From NCBI GenBank assembly GCA_002269645.1, contig NIVC01001731.1, positions 1-64,000 of the forward strand: a DNA stretch of 64,000 nucleotides. The letters are read 5' to 3'. The position numbers and the translations under genes were made by a program. Below, one piece after another: positions 46,376-57,354 of this stretch. Positions within the stretch are counted from its first letter, which is position 1, and each line of letters opens with the position of its first letter. This stretch comes from Macrostomum lignano (lineage: Eukaryota). Under the pieces are notes generated by a model, which saw only the letters and a program-made list of their open reading frames with translations, searched no databases and was not told the origin of the DNA.

Positions 46376-47069
46376 CCATCGAAAAACCTTAATTCACTCT
46401 ACTTAATTAGTAGTCAGGTAGCAGTAGCATTATGGGCTTATGGCATTGTATTGATTGTAGGTTTTTGTATCAAGTTGTGGCCCAGTTCAACTTATCACTA
46501 TTTATTATAATTAGCTAGGTATTCTATTTAATTTAATACTACTGTATTAGACAGTGTTTCCATGAGACTGTATGGTCTCTTATGTGAGATTATTTGAACG
46601 TTTTTTTATTTTATTGTACTATATTTTTGTACAGTCTCGTGCACTTTACGTGAAACCTACGAAATAAGTTTGGTAGGCAGATAATTCACTCGCGCATATG
46701 AGCTCTAGAGTCCTGTCCGCTTCTCCATTCACTGCTAACCCCTACAGGGTATTGTGTAAACACTTAGCAATAGTCAGATTAAATCCAAAAGCTTCCAAAT
46801 GCTATGCTGTTTGAGTTCGCGCATGATCGTGCTCTCTCTCTCTCTCACCCTCCCCTCTCTGACTCTCCTCACTTTTCGAGCACACAAACTGACAAGATTT
46901 TCTCTCTTTCTCTGTCTGTCCAGTCAGTTAGAGGTCCAGCTATCTATCAACTGCCTTTAGCCAGCAGTTGCCTACAAAGCGTCTGGTTAAAGCTTATATT
47001 TAGTCCTTTAGTCCTTCCTATCTTTAATATTAATTAACTAAAATGACTGTTGTGGTCTAGGCTAGTAGA

Positions 47070-47133
47070 GGTAAACGGCGGGAGTAACTATTGCTTTTAA
47101 TTAAATACGTAATTACCTCGTTATCTGATTAGT
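47070..47133 (+). other. Isolated 28S rDNA remnant (helix 69-71 region, R2 / I-PpoI target)
   Basis: GGTAAACGGCGGGAGTAACTAT matches conserved eukaryotic 28S over 22 nt; the following sequence aligns loosely with ...TTAAGGTAGCCAAATGCCTCGTCATCTAATTAGT. No flanking rDNA. Confidence 0.7.
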
Positions 47134-47394
47134 AATTTTTTACTAATTGTGTTGCCTACATTCCTCACGATTAGAAAGTCTGGGCCGCTGTACACCCTGT
47201 GTGAGCGTGTGTATGATTGCTCAGGGGTCAGCAGAATGGGCATGTAGCTATGTGCTTGCCTTCTCGCTGACTGCGGGTCAGCTGTTTTCTTGATTTGATG
47301 ACGAATCCACTGACTGCTCACAGTTATACTAACCGTCATCTGTGCATGTGCCAACTTCTGCGAATCCAGAGAAACCCGTCAGTGAATACCAATA

Positions 47395-48453
47395 ATGGCT
47401 GCGTTATTCTTTGCTGACAAGCGCCAGTTGGACTCAGATCAGGACGACGATTCGAGCGACGATTCCGAGTACGTGCCCGACGAGAAGGAGCTTGATGACG
47501 ATGATGATGTTGATGATGAAGATGATGATGAAGAGAATCCAAACGAGGAAGCTGGATTAAATGGAGCCGGTGATAATTCAAGCAGTAAAAAGCAACAAAC
47601 AACAAAGAAGTCAAAAACTCGAGCTAAGAAGGTGGAGCTTCCCGGTCGGGTTAACAGATTTAGACGGGGTGGAATCCGACTGGAGGGAGAGGCTGAAGAT
47701 GAAGCGCCCGCTAAGCCGACTCCCTCTTCATCACTAACAACGGCTGGACTTGATGAGCCGGCGGCTGATGTAGCAGATGAACAGGAGAAACGCCGAGCCG
47801 ATGCTCTTTGGGCCAGCTTCTTGGCCGACGTTCGGCCTGCCAAGCCCGCTTCCTCGTCCGTTGCTAAGGCAACCGACACCGTTGCTAAGGAAACAGATAC
47901 CGTTGCTAAGGAAACAGATACCGTTGCTAAGGCAACCGACACCGTTGCTAAGACAACCGATACCGTTGCTAAGGCAACCGACACCGTTGCTAAGGTAACA
48001 GATACCGTTGCTAAGGCGACCGACAACGTTGCTAAGAATACAGATTTGGTTACTAAGGCGACCACTGACGCCTCGAAAAGCGCTACAGCTACTCAAGCTA
48101 CCAAAATATTCGAATTCGCGGGCGAGTCGGTGGCCGTTCCAATCGCTTCTCCGTCGTCGGGCTGTTCAACGAAGCGCCCGGCAGCCGCCGCCCCCAAAGG
48201 CGTGACCAGCCTCCTTGACCGGCTGACTAAGCGGCCGAAATTGTCAACGCTGGAGAAGTCCCGGCTAGACTGGGAATCCTTCAAATCTAGCGAAGGCATC
48301 GGCGAAGATCTGGCCGCGTACAACCGAGGCAAGTCCGGCTACTTGGACCGGCAGGCCTTCTTGGAGCGGGCCGACTACAGGCGCTACGAGCAGGAGAGAG
48401 ATGCCCGGCTGGCCAGCGGCCGCGGCGGCCAGCAGGGCGGGGCAAAGTCTTAA
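47395..48453 (+). CDS. CFDP1: Craniofacial development protein 1 / BCNT (Swc5 homologue), single exon, 352 aa
   Basis: Acidic N-terminus with DSEYVP; C-terminal BCNT domain KLSTLEKSRLDWESFK...GYLDRQAFLERADYRRYEQERDARL. Confidence 0.92.
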   Translation: MAALFFADKRQLDSDQDDDSSDDSEYVPDEKELDDDDDVDDEDDDEENPNEEAGLNGAGDNSSSKKQQTTKKSKTRAKKVELPGRVNRFRRGGIRLEGEAEDEAPAKPTPSSSLTTAGLDEPAADVADEQEKRRADALWASFLADVRPAKPASSSVAKATDTVAKETDTVAKETDTVAKATDTVAKTTDTVAKATDTVAKVTDTVAKATDNVAKNTDLVTKATTDASKSATATQATKIFEFAGESVAVPIASPSSGCSTKRPAAAAPKGVTSLLDRLTKRPKLSTLEKSRLDWESFKSSEGIGEDLAAYNRGKSGYLDRQAFLERADYRRYEQERDARLASGRGGQQGGAKS

Positions 48454-48499
48454 GGCTGAGCAGCGACCAACTGAGAGACTCTTTGTTTCCATGGTGATG

Positions 48500-50280
48500 A
48501 TCGGAGGTCCACTGAAGCATCTGGGGGGGGGGGGCAGCGGCCACTGAAGCATCTGGGGAGGGGGGGGGCAGCGGCCACTAAAGCATCTGGGGAGGGGGGG
48601 CAGCGGCCACTGAAGGATCTGGGAGGCGGGCAGCGGCCACTGAAGCATCTGGGAGGCGAGGCAGCGGCCACTGAAGCATCTGACAAGGGGGGCAGCGGCC
48701 ACTACAGCATCTGAGGGGGGGGGCAGCGGCCACTGAAGCATCTGAGGGGAAGCATCTATGAGGCGGGGCAGTGGCCACTGAAGCATCTAACAAGGGGGGC
48801 AGCGGCCACTACAGCATCTGAGGGGGGGGGGGCAGCGGCCACTGAAGCATCTGGGAGGCGGGCAGCGGCCACTGAAGCATCTGGGAGGCGAGGCAGCGGC
48901 CACTGAAGCATCTGACAAGGGGGGCAGCGGCCACTACAGCATCTGAGGGGGGGGCAGCGGCCACTGAAGCATCTGAGGGGAAGCATCTATGAGGCGGGGC
49001 AGTGGCCACTGAAGCATCTAACAAGGGGGCAGCGGCCACTACAGCATCTGAGGGGGGGGGGGGGGCAGCGGCCACTGAAGCATCTGAGGGGAAGCATCTA
49101 TGAGGCGGGGCAGTGGCCACTGAAGCATCTAACAAGGGGGGCAGCGGCCACTACAGCATCTGAGGGGGGGGGGGCAGCGGCCACTGAAGCATCTGAGGGG
49201 GGGGCAGCGGCCACTGAAGGATCTGGGAGGCGGGCAGCGGCCACTGAAACATCTGGGAGGCGGGGCAGCGGCCACTGAAGCATCTGACAAGGGGGCAGCG
49301 GCCACTACAGCATCTGAGGGGGGGCAGCGGCCACTGAAGCATCTGAGAGGGGCAGCGGCCACTGAAGCATCTGGGAGGCGGGGCAGCGGCCACTGAAGCA
49401 TCTGGGAGGCGGGGCAGCGGCCACTGAAGCATCTGACAAGGGGGCAGCGGCCACTACAGCATCTGAGGGGGGGCAGCGGCCACTGAAGCATCTGAGGGGG
49501 GGGGGGCAGCGGCCACTGAAGGATCTGGGAGGCGGGGCAGCGGCCACTGAAGCATCTAACAAGGGGGGCAGCGGCCACTACAGCATCTGAGAGGGGCAGC
49601 GGCCACTGAAGCATCTGGGAGGCGGGGCAGCGGCCACTGAAACATCTGGGAGGCGGGGCAGCGGCCACTGAAGCATCTAACAAGGGGGGCAGCGGCCACT
49701 ACAGCATCTGAGGGGGGGCAGCGGCCACTGAAGCATCTGAGAGGGGCAGCGGCCACTGAAACATCTGGGAGGCGGGGCAGCGGCCACTGAAGCATCTAAC
49801 AAGGGGGGCAGCGGCCACTGAAGCATCTGAGAGGGGCAGCGGCCACTGAAGCATCTGGGAGGCGGGGCAGCGGCCACTGAAGCATCTAACAAGGGGGGCA
49901 GCGGCCACTACAGCATCTGAGAGGGGCAGCGGCCACTGAAGCATCTGGGAGGCGGGGCAGCGGCCACTGAAACATCTGGGAGGCGGGGCAGCGGCCACTG
50001 AAGCATCTAACAAGGGGGGCAGCGGCCACTGAAGCATTTGGGAGGAGGCAGCGGCCACTGAAGCATTTGGGAGGAGGCAGCGGCCACTGAAGCATCTGGG
50101 AGGCGGGGCAGCGGCCACTGAAGCATCTAACAAGGGGGGCAGCGGCCACTGAAGCATTTGGGAGGAGGCAGCGGCCACTGAAGCATTTGGGAGGAGGCAG
50201 CGGCCACTGAAGCATCTAACAAGGGGGGCAGCGGCCACTGAAGCATTTGGGAGGAGGCAGCGGCCACTGAAGCATCTGGA
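48500..50280. repeat. G-rich minisatellite of about 30 bp (GCAGCGGCCACTGAAGCATCTG plus variable G-rich spacer)
   Basis: Invariant core with poly-G spacers; source of all the overlapping minus-strand ORFs here. Confidence 0.95.
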
Positions 50281-50674
50281 ACTCAGTAATATCGGTGTGT
50301 TTCACTTTGCTTACCCAATACTTTCTTTTGTCTATTTATTGTACTTCTCAGCATTTTCTGCGTTTTTTCCTGTTCGCTCTACTTACTAGTAGCGCGTGCT
50401 GCACAAAATCTGTTGGTATATTCGAATTTGAATGTAATTGCGCAACCTTAATTTATAAATTATGAATAATAAATGAATAAATAATAACTGATATAATATT
50501 CACACCATGGTTCCGCGTGTTTGCCTTATGGATTAAAAACCTATTCATATTTCGGACTCTGTCCAACTTAAGTATATTTAGTGAAACTTTCATTTTATTT
50601 TGATAAAATTCTCACTATTTATAAATATTTTTTTCAATTGCATGCTCTGTTGTCAAACTGATTTAACAGCCACC

Positions 50675-52493
50675 ATGACTAGCGCTTACCTAAAAAACCT
50701 GATGGGTGTTCCTGTGACAGATGAGGAATTAGAGAACATCCCGCATCCCAATGTGGAACTGACGCTGCACACCACTGTTCGGTTTATTCAGGTGAATAAT
50801 GCATTCTGTGTTCAACTGTGGGTTATGAGCGATTGGACTGTGGGTTATAAGCGATTGGACTGTGAGTTATGAGCGATTGGACTGTGGGTTATGAGCGATT
50901 GGACTGTGGGTTATGAGCGATTGGACTGTGGGTTATGAGTGATTGGACTGTGGGTTATGAGCGATTGGACTGTGGGTTATGAGCGATTGGACTGTGGGTT
51001 ATGAGTGATTGGACTGTGGGTTATGAGCGATTGGACTGTGGGTTATGAGCGATTGGGCTGTGGGTTATGAGCGATTGGACACTGTGGGTTATGAGCGATT
51101 GGATTGTGGGTTATGAGCGATTGGACTGTGGGTTATGAGCGATTGGACACTGTGGGTTATGAGCGATTGGACTGTGGGTTATGAGCGATCGGACTGTGGG
51201 TTATGAGTGATTTGACTGTGGGTTATGAGCGATTGGGCTGTGGGTTATGAGCGATTGGACACTGTGGGTTATGAGCGATTGGACTGTGGGTTATGAGCGA
51301 TTGGACTGTGAGTTATGAGCGATTGGACACTGTGGGTTATGAGCGATTGGACACTGTGGGTTATGAGCGATTGGACTGTGGGTTATGAGCGATTGGACTG
51401 TGGGTTATGTGCGATTGGACACTAGGTTATGAGCGATTGGACATTGGGTTATGAGCGATTGGACATTGGGTTATGAGCGATTGGACATTGGGTTATGAGC
51501 GATTGGACTGTGGGTTATGGTAGACTGAGTTGCTGACAGTTATGTGTGTTATGCACAGTTGTGTGTTATGTACAGTTGTGTGTTATGTACAGTTGTTAAT
51601 GTGTGTTATTCTATGCAGACTCAATTCCAACATCTTACTCCGCACCATCCCAGGCCGGCGCAGTGCTGGGCTCCCTTGTTGCAGCCCCCCTGGTCACGGC
51701 AATCGGCGGCCCCCGGACCCTGTCGGATCTCGCCGATCGGGCTCTTCGCTACGGCGTCACCGGGGCTCGAGTTGGGGCCGTCGCCGCTCCGCTGGTGACT
51801 TATGCGGCAATGCGAAAGGAGCCGGAGATCGCCGTCTATGACAGGGTGTACCGGCTGCGGTACCACTCCAATCAGGTGTTACATCGTTTTACACAACCAG
51901 TGTCAATGCAATGCTGCTCATTCCACTGACTCCTGAGCACATGCAAGCTCGCCAATACTGTACGCAGGCTCACACTCACACGCGCTCACACAGCCTGTTG
52001 AAAGCGTTATCGTGACAAGAATCGTCAAAGAGTCATTGCAAACAACTCACACAATTTAACTCTAATTGCACTCTAACTAGCCTACTGAGTTAGTAGAAAG
52101 TTAAGCGCTAACACAATTTAACTCTAATTGCACTCTAACTAGCCTACTGAGTTAGTAGAAAGTTAAGCGCTAACACAATTTAACTCTAATTGCACTCTAA
52201 CTAGCCTACTGAGTTAGTAGAAGGTTAAGCGCTAACACAACGAGAATGACTTCACGAGGCTTATATTAACGACACCCATCGCTCGCCCCTAGGTGCGCCA
52301 CGATCGCTACTTCCTCATTGGCGCCAGCATCGGCGGCGCCAGCAACGGTCCGGCCGGTGCCCTTGTTGGCATCCTTGGCGGCATCGCCTTGGCAACAGCC
52401 TACAACAGCCTGCTGGCTAATAGGGAGAGAGGCGAAGCGCCGCTGACCGACCAGCTGAAGTCTAAAGTGCAGGCGGCTAAGCGTCAGCAGTAG
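50675..52493 (+). CDS. DUF1757-like small membrane protein, paralogue A
   Basis: Exons 50675-50791, 51654-51875, 52293-52493 (phase 0/0). Motifs DEELENIPHPNVELTLHTTVRFIQAGAVLG and VYDRVYRLRYHSNQVRHDR; family call from recalled motifs. Confidence 0.75.
50815..51520. repeat. 22-bp intronic minisatellite (CTGTGGGTTATGAGCGATTGGA)n
   Basis: Fills most of intron 1 of paralogue A. Confidence 0.95.
52047..52240. repeat. 62-bp unit x3 in intron 2 of paralogue A
   Basis: ACAATTTAAC starts at 52051, 52113 and 52175. Confidence 0.92.
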
Positions 52494-53074
52494 CCTAAAT
52501 TAATCCGATGGTTCTCAATTCTGATTTTCGTCGTTTAGCAAATTTTAACCAGCCAAAGAAAATATTTTCGAAATTTCTTCTTTAAATTGTTTAGCGCTGT
52601 TTTGGAAATCGCTTAAATTCAATCCATAATCCTTATGCATATTTTAACTATATATTTTATACGCTACTGATAGTAGAGATGAAGAGTATCTTAATTTAGA
52701 AATCGTAGTTATAATATAAAAATTTTCCAAATATTTTTCACTACTATTACTTACAGTAGTAGTCTTTCAAAATTTGGAATTTTCCCACAATTTTCTATTT
52801 ACTTATCTTTCGCCAGCGCTGACCATTCGTGCATATTTAAATTTTATAACAATATATATGCATACATACAAAAGGTATGACATTATTTCCGTCTGCAAAA
52901 TGTATAATAATTCTATTTAAAATATACTGGCCACTTACTCATTATTGTTGTAGTGAATTTCTATTAGAAATATTTTTATACCATTTTTGTTTGTTTTATA
53001 CACTGTTTTCAATTGGGAATTCCCGCTCAGTAGGGTTTCTGTTAGTGGGAAAGGATTTCTATTATAGTGAATAA

Positions 53075-54555
53075 CAGGCTTTCTGTTACAGTGACAGGGT
53101 TGCTGTTACAGTGCCAGGCTTTCTGTTACAGTGACAGGGTTGCTGTTACAGTGTCAGGCTTTCTGTTACAGTGAAAGGGTTGCTGTTACAGTGCCAGGCT
53201 TTCTGTTACAGTGACTGACAGGGTTGCTGTTGCAGTGTCAGGCTTTCTGTTACAGTGACAGGGTTGCTGTTACAGTGTCAGGCTTGCTGTTACAGTGACA
53301 GGGTTGCTGTTACAGTGTCAGGCTTTCTGTTACAGTGACAGGGTTGCTGTTACAGTGTCAGGCTTTCTGTTACAGTGAAAGGGTTGCTGTTACAGTGCCA
53401 GGCTTTCTGTTACAGTGACTGACAGGGTTGCTGTTGCAGTGTCAGGCTTTCTGTTACAGTGACAGGGTTGCTGTTACAGTGTCAGGCTTGCTGTTACAGT
53501 GACAGGGTTGCTGTTACAGTGTCAGGCTTTCTGTTACAGTGACAGGGTTGCTGTTACAGTGTCAGGCTTTCTGTTACAGTGACAGGGTTGCTGTTACAGT
53601 GTCAGGCTTTCTGTTACAGTGACTGACAGGGTTGCTGTTACAGTGTCAGGCTTTCTGTTACAGTGACAGGGTTGCTGTTACAGTGTCAGGCTTTCTGTTA
53701 CAGTGACAGGGTTGCTGTTACAGTGTCAGGCTTTCTGTTACAGTGACTGACAGGGTTGCTGTTACAGTGTCAGGCTTTCTGTTATAGTGTCAGGCTTTCT
53801 GTTACAGTGCCAGGCTTTCTGTTAAAGTGACAGGGTTGCTGTTACAGTGTCAGGCTTTCTGTTACAGTGTCAGGCTTTCTGTTACAGTGCCAGGCTTTCT
53901 GTTAAAGTGACAGGGTTGCTGTTACAGTGTCAGGCTTTCTGTTACAGTGTCAGGCTTTCTGTTACAGTGTCAGGCTTTCTGTTACAGTGTCAGGCTTTCT
54001 GTTACAGTGTCAGGGTTTCTGTTACAGTGTCAGGCTTTCTGTTACAGTGTCAGGCTTTCTGTTACAGTGACAGGCTTTCTGTTACAGTGTCAGGCTTTCT
54101 GTTACAGTGTCAGGCTTTCTGTTACAGTGTCAGGCTTTCTGTTACAGTGTCAGGCTTTCTGTTACAGTGACAGGCTTTCTGTTACAGTGTCAGGGTTTCT
54201 GTTACAGTGTCAGGCTTTCTGTTACAGTGTCAGGCTTTCTGTTACAGTGTCAGGCTTTCTGTTACAGTGACAGGCTTTCTGTTACAGTGTCAGGCTTTCT
54301 GTTACAGTGTCAGGCTTTCTGTTACAGTGTCAGGCTTTCTGTTACAGTGTCAGGCTTTCTGTTACAGTGTCAGGCTTTCTGTTACAGTGTCAGGCTTTCT
54401 GTTACAGTGACAGGCTTTCTGTTACAGTGACAGGCTTTCTGTTACAGTGTCAGGGTTTCTGTTACAGTGTCAGGCTTTCTGTTACAGTGACAGGCTTTCT
54501 GTTACAGTGTCAGGCTTTCTGTTACAGTGACTAACAGGCTTTCTGTTACAGTTAG
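53075..54555. repeat. 20-bp minisatellite (CAGGCTTTCTGTTACAGTGT)n, with a 40-bp dimer in the left half
   Basis: Alternates with CAGGGTTGCTGTTACAGTGA up to about 53860, then homogeneous. Confidence 0.95.
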
Positions 54556-54610
54556 GACTGCAAACTGATCCAGTATTGCTTGCATTCAACCATCAGCAGC
54601 AGCTGCAGCC

Positions 54611-55980
54611 ATGACGCTGGCTTACGTGAAAAACACGATCGGCCTGACTGTGTCAGACGAGGAGCTGGAGAACATCCCGCACCCCAGCCTGGAGCTGTAC
54701 ACCCACACCACCTACCGTGGCGTTCAGTTCGGCATCTTCGTCAGCATGGCGATGGTCGCCCCGGTTGTCACGGCGATCAGGGGGCCGCGGAATTTCTCCG
54801 GCTTGGCCGCCAGAGCGCTGCGGTTCGGCCGGGTGGGCGCCCTGGCCGGCCTGCCGCTGGGCCCCGCCATGACCATCGGCATGACCCGGGTGACCCCGAT
54901 GTGGCCATGTACGATAGGTGAGTCATTATTGTGCTGCTTGTTGTGTCCTATTTAGCTGCTGTCTATGGTATAAAATGGTGCACTGTACATTAGGCGGTGA
55001 CCTTGGCTAATGACCTTATCCAGTGACCTTAGCTAATGACCTTATCCAGTGACCTTAGCTAATGACCTTATCCAGTGACCTTAGCTAATGACCTTGGCCA
55101 GTGACCTTAGCTAATGACCTTGGCCAGTGACCTTAGCTAATGACCTTAGCCAGTGACCTTAGCTAATGACCTTGGCCAGTGACCTTAGCTAATGACCTTG
55201 GCCAGTGACCTTAGCTAATGACAGCTGATAACCTTAGCCAGTGACCTTAGCCAGTGACCTTAGCCAGTGACCTTAGCTGATGACCTTAGCCAGTGACCTT
55301 AGCCAGTGACTTAAGATGATGACCTTAGCCAGTGACCTTAGCCAGTGACCTTAGCCAGTGACCTTAGCCAGTGACTTAAGCTGATGACCTTAGCCAGTGA
55401 CCTTAGCTGATGACCTTAGCCAGTGACCTTAGCCAGTGACCTTAGCTGATGACCTTAGCCAGTGACCTTAGCCAGTGACTTAAGCTGTTGACCTTAGCCA
55501 GTGACCTTAGCCAGTGACCTTAGCTGATGACCTTAGCCAGTGACCTTAGCCAGTGACTTTAGCTGATGACCTTAGCCCACCTTAGCCAGTGAATTTAGCT
55601 GATGACCTTAGCCAGTGACCTTAGTCAGTGATCTTAGCTGATGACTTTAGCTAATGACCTTGCAACCGCCAGTGAGTTTTGACAAATGGAACTCAAACGC
55701 ACCTCCTCGCCGCCGTCGCCGCAGGGCCTACCGCCTGCGCTACAACTTCAATCAGGTCCGCCAGGACCGGTTCGGCATCGCCAGCACCGCGGCCGGAGCC
55801 GCAGTCGGCGGCATCAACGGCGCCCTATGCGGCGTCCTGGCCGGCATCCTGCTGGGCACCATCTACAACACGGCCATGGCGCCGGCGCACCAGAAGGCGC
55901 CAAAATATGAGAAGGTGAAGGCGTTGGTTAAGGAGGCCAAGGAGTTGGCTAAGCAGGCCACGCAAAGCAAGGCTGAGTGA
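54611..55980 (+). CDS. DUF1757-like small membrane protein, paralogue B (-1 frameshift at about 54889)
   Basis: Exons 54611-54917 and 55725-55980. Adding one G to the GGG at 54888-54890 gives RGDPDVAMYDR|AYRLRYNFNQVRQDR, collinear with paralogue A. Confidence 0.75.
54995..55660. repeat. 13-bp intronic minisatellite (CCAGTGACCTTAG / CTAATGACCTTAG / CTGATGACCTTAG)
   Basis: Fills the single intron of paralogue B. Confidence 0.93.
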
Positions 55981-56112
55981 AGCGGTTGAGTGACAATCCA
56001 TGTTTTAAACTATTGCTGTTTAGTTTGTTTATTGAAATAATATCTCTGAGTTCGAAATTCAAAACTTTTGTTATTGTGAGCCCATTGGTCTGACCGGATC
56101 TTTAGTAGGGTT

Positions 56113-56555
56113 CAGTGACTGTCAGGTGCTGTGACTCAGTGACTGTCAGCTGCTGTGACTCAGTGAATGTCAGCTGTTGTAACTCAGTGACTGTCAGCTG
56201 TTGTGACTCAGTGACTGTCAGCTGCTGTGACTCAGTGACTGTCAGGGGCTGTGACTCAGTGACTGTCAGCTGCTGTGACTCAGTGACTGTCAGCTGCTGT
56301 GACTCAGTGACTGTCAGCTGCTGTGACTCAGTGACTGTCAGGGGCTGTGACTCAGTGACTGTCAGCTGCTGTGACTCAGTGACTGTCAGCTGCTGTGACT
56401 CAGTGACTGTCAGCTGCTGTGACTCAGTGACTGTCAGGGGCTGTGACTCAGTGACTGTCAGCTGCTGTGACTCAGTGACTGTCAACTACTGTGACTCAGT
56501 GACTGTCAGCTGCTGTGACTCAGTGACTGTCAGGGGCTGTGACTCAGTGACTGTT
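56113..56555. repeat. 24-bp minisatellite (CTGTGACTCAGTGACTGTCAGCTG)n
   Basis: About 18 units between the converging 3' ends of paralogue B and ATG4. Confidence 0.95.
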
Positions 56556-57354
56556 TTCAGAGAAGCATTGCATGTTTTCATGCTGTAAGCTGTAGTTCTG
56601 CTGTTTCGTTTCGTTGTTTTTCGCGAGTCAAAGGCGCCCCCATGTAACTCATAGCCATTAGGGCTGTAGTTGATTGTATTTATCATTTACTGCAGTTAAA
56701 CAACACGTGCGCATATACACTGGTTGACCCAGCATCGGAGCTTATGTAGAAAGCGATTATCTATCATTGTGTTACTCCAGCATGTTTTACTATTATAGCA
56801 GTTATTTCCATATTTTCTAATCGGCATATTAACCGTTTGATTTATATGTAGTTCTTGTGTCATTCTTAAGCCCTATCAAGTGTGGCCTTACATTAAGTTT
56901 AGTGCAAATATATAAAATTCAAATACTCATACACAGTCGAATTTCGAATACTTTGTTGGTGTTTTGGCCCGCAAATAACGCAACTAATTAACAGAAAAAA
57001 TGAATTTGAATTGTTTCGCTCAAGCATCAGCAATCAGTGATTAGAAGACAATATTCAATATGACACAATCCACTTTCATTATATTAAAACAGTACAAGAT
57101 CAAATGACAAACATGTACGTATATTATATGTAGAAAATGAAGTTAGGTATATCTTCTATGATACAGATGTTATCAGTATTAATATTATTAGTATGATAGC
57201 ATACCGTATTGACATTGAGAAAAATTACCAAGTCAAAAAAGAGACACGATTATAGTTCTCCATAAAAATCTCCTTAAGATCCGAGTCCATGAAAGGAATC
57301 TATACTATAGACAAAGGTAGTTCACAAGCTGCTGTTGAGCTCGAACCTCGGACC

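Noticed and set aside
53075-54555. RAG heptamer-like TACAGTG in the 20-bp array
   Set aside because: Not the CACAGTG consensus, no nonamer at 12/23 spacing, and no Transib/RAG sequence nearby.
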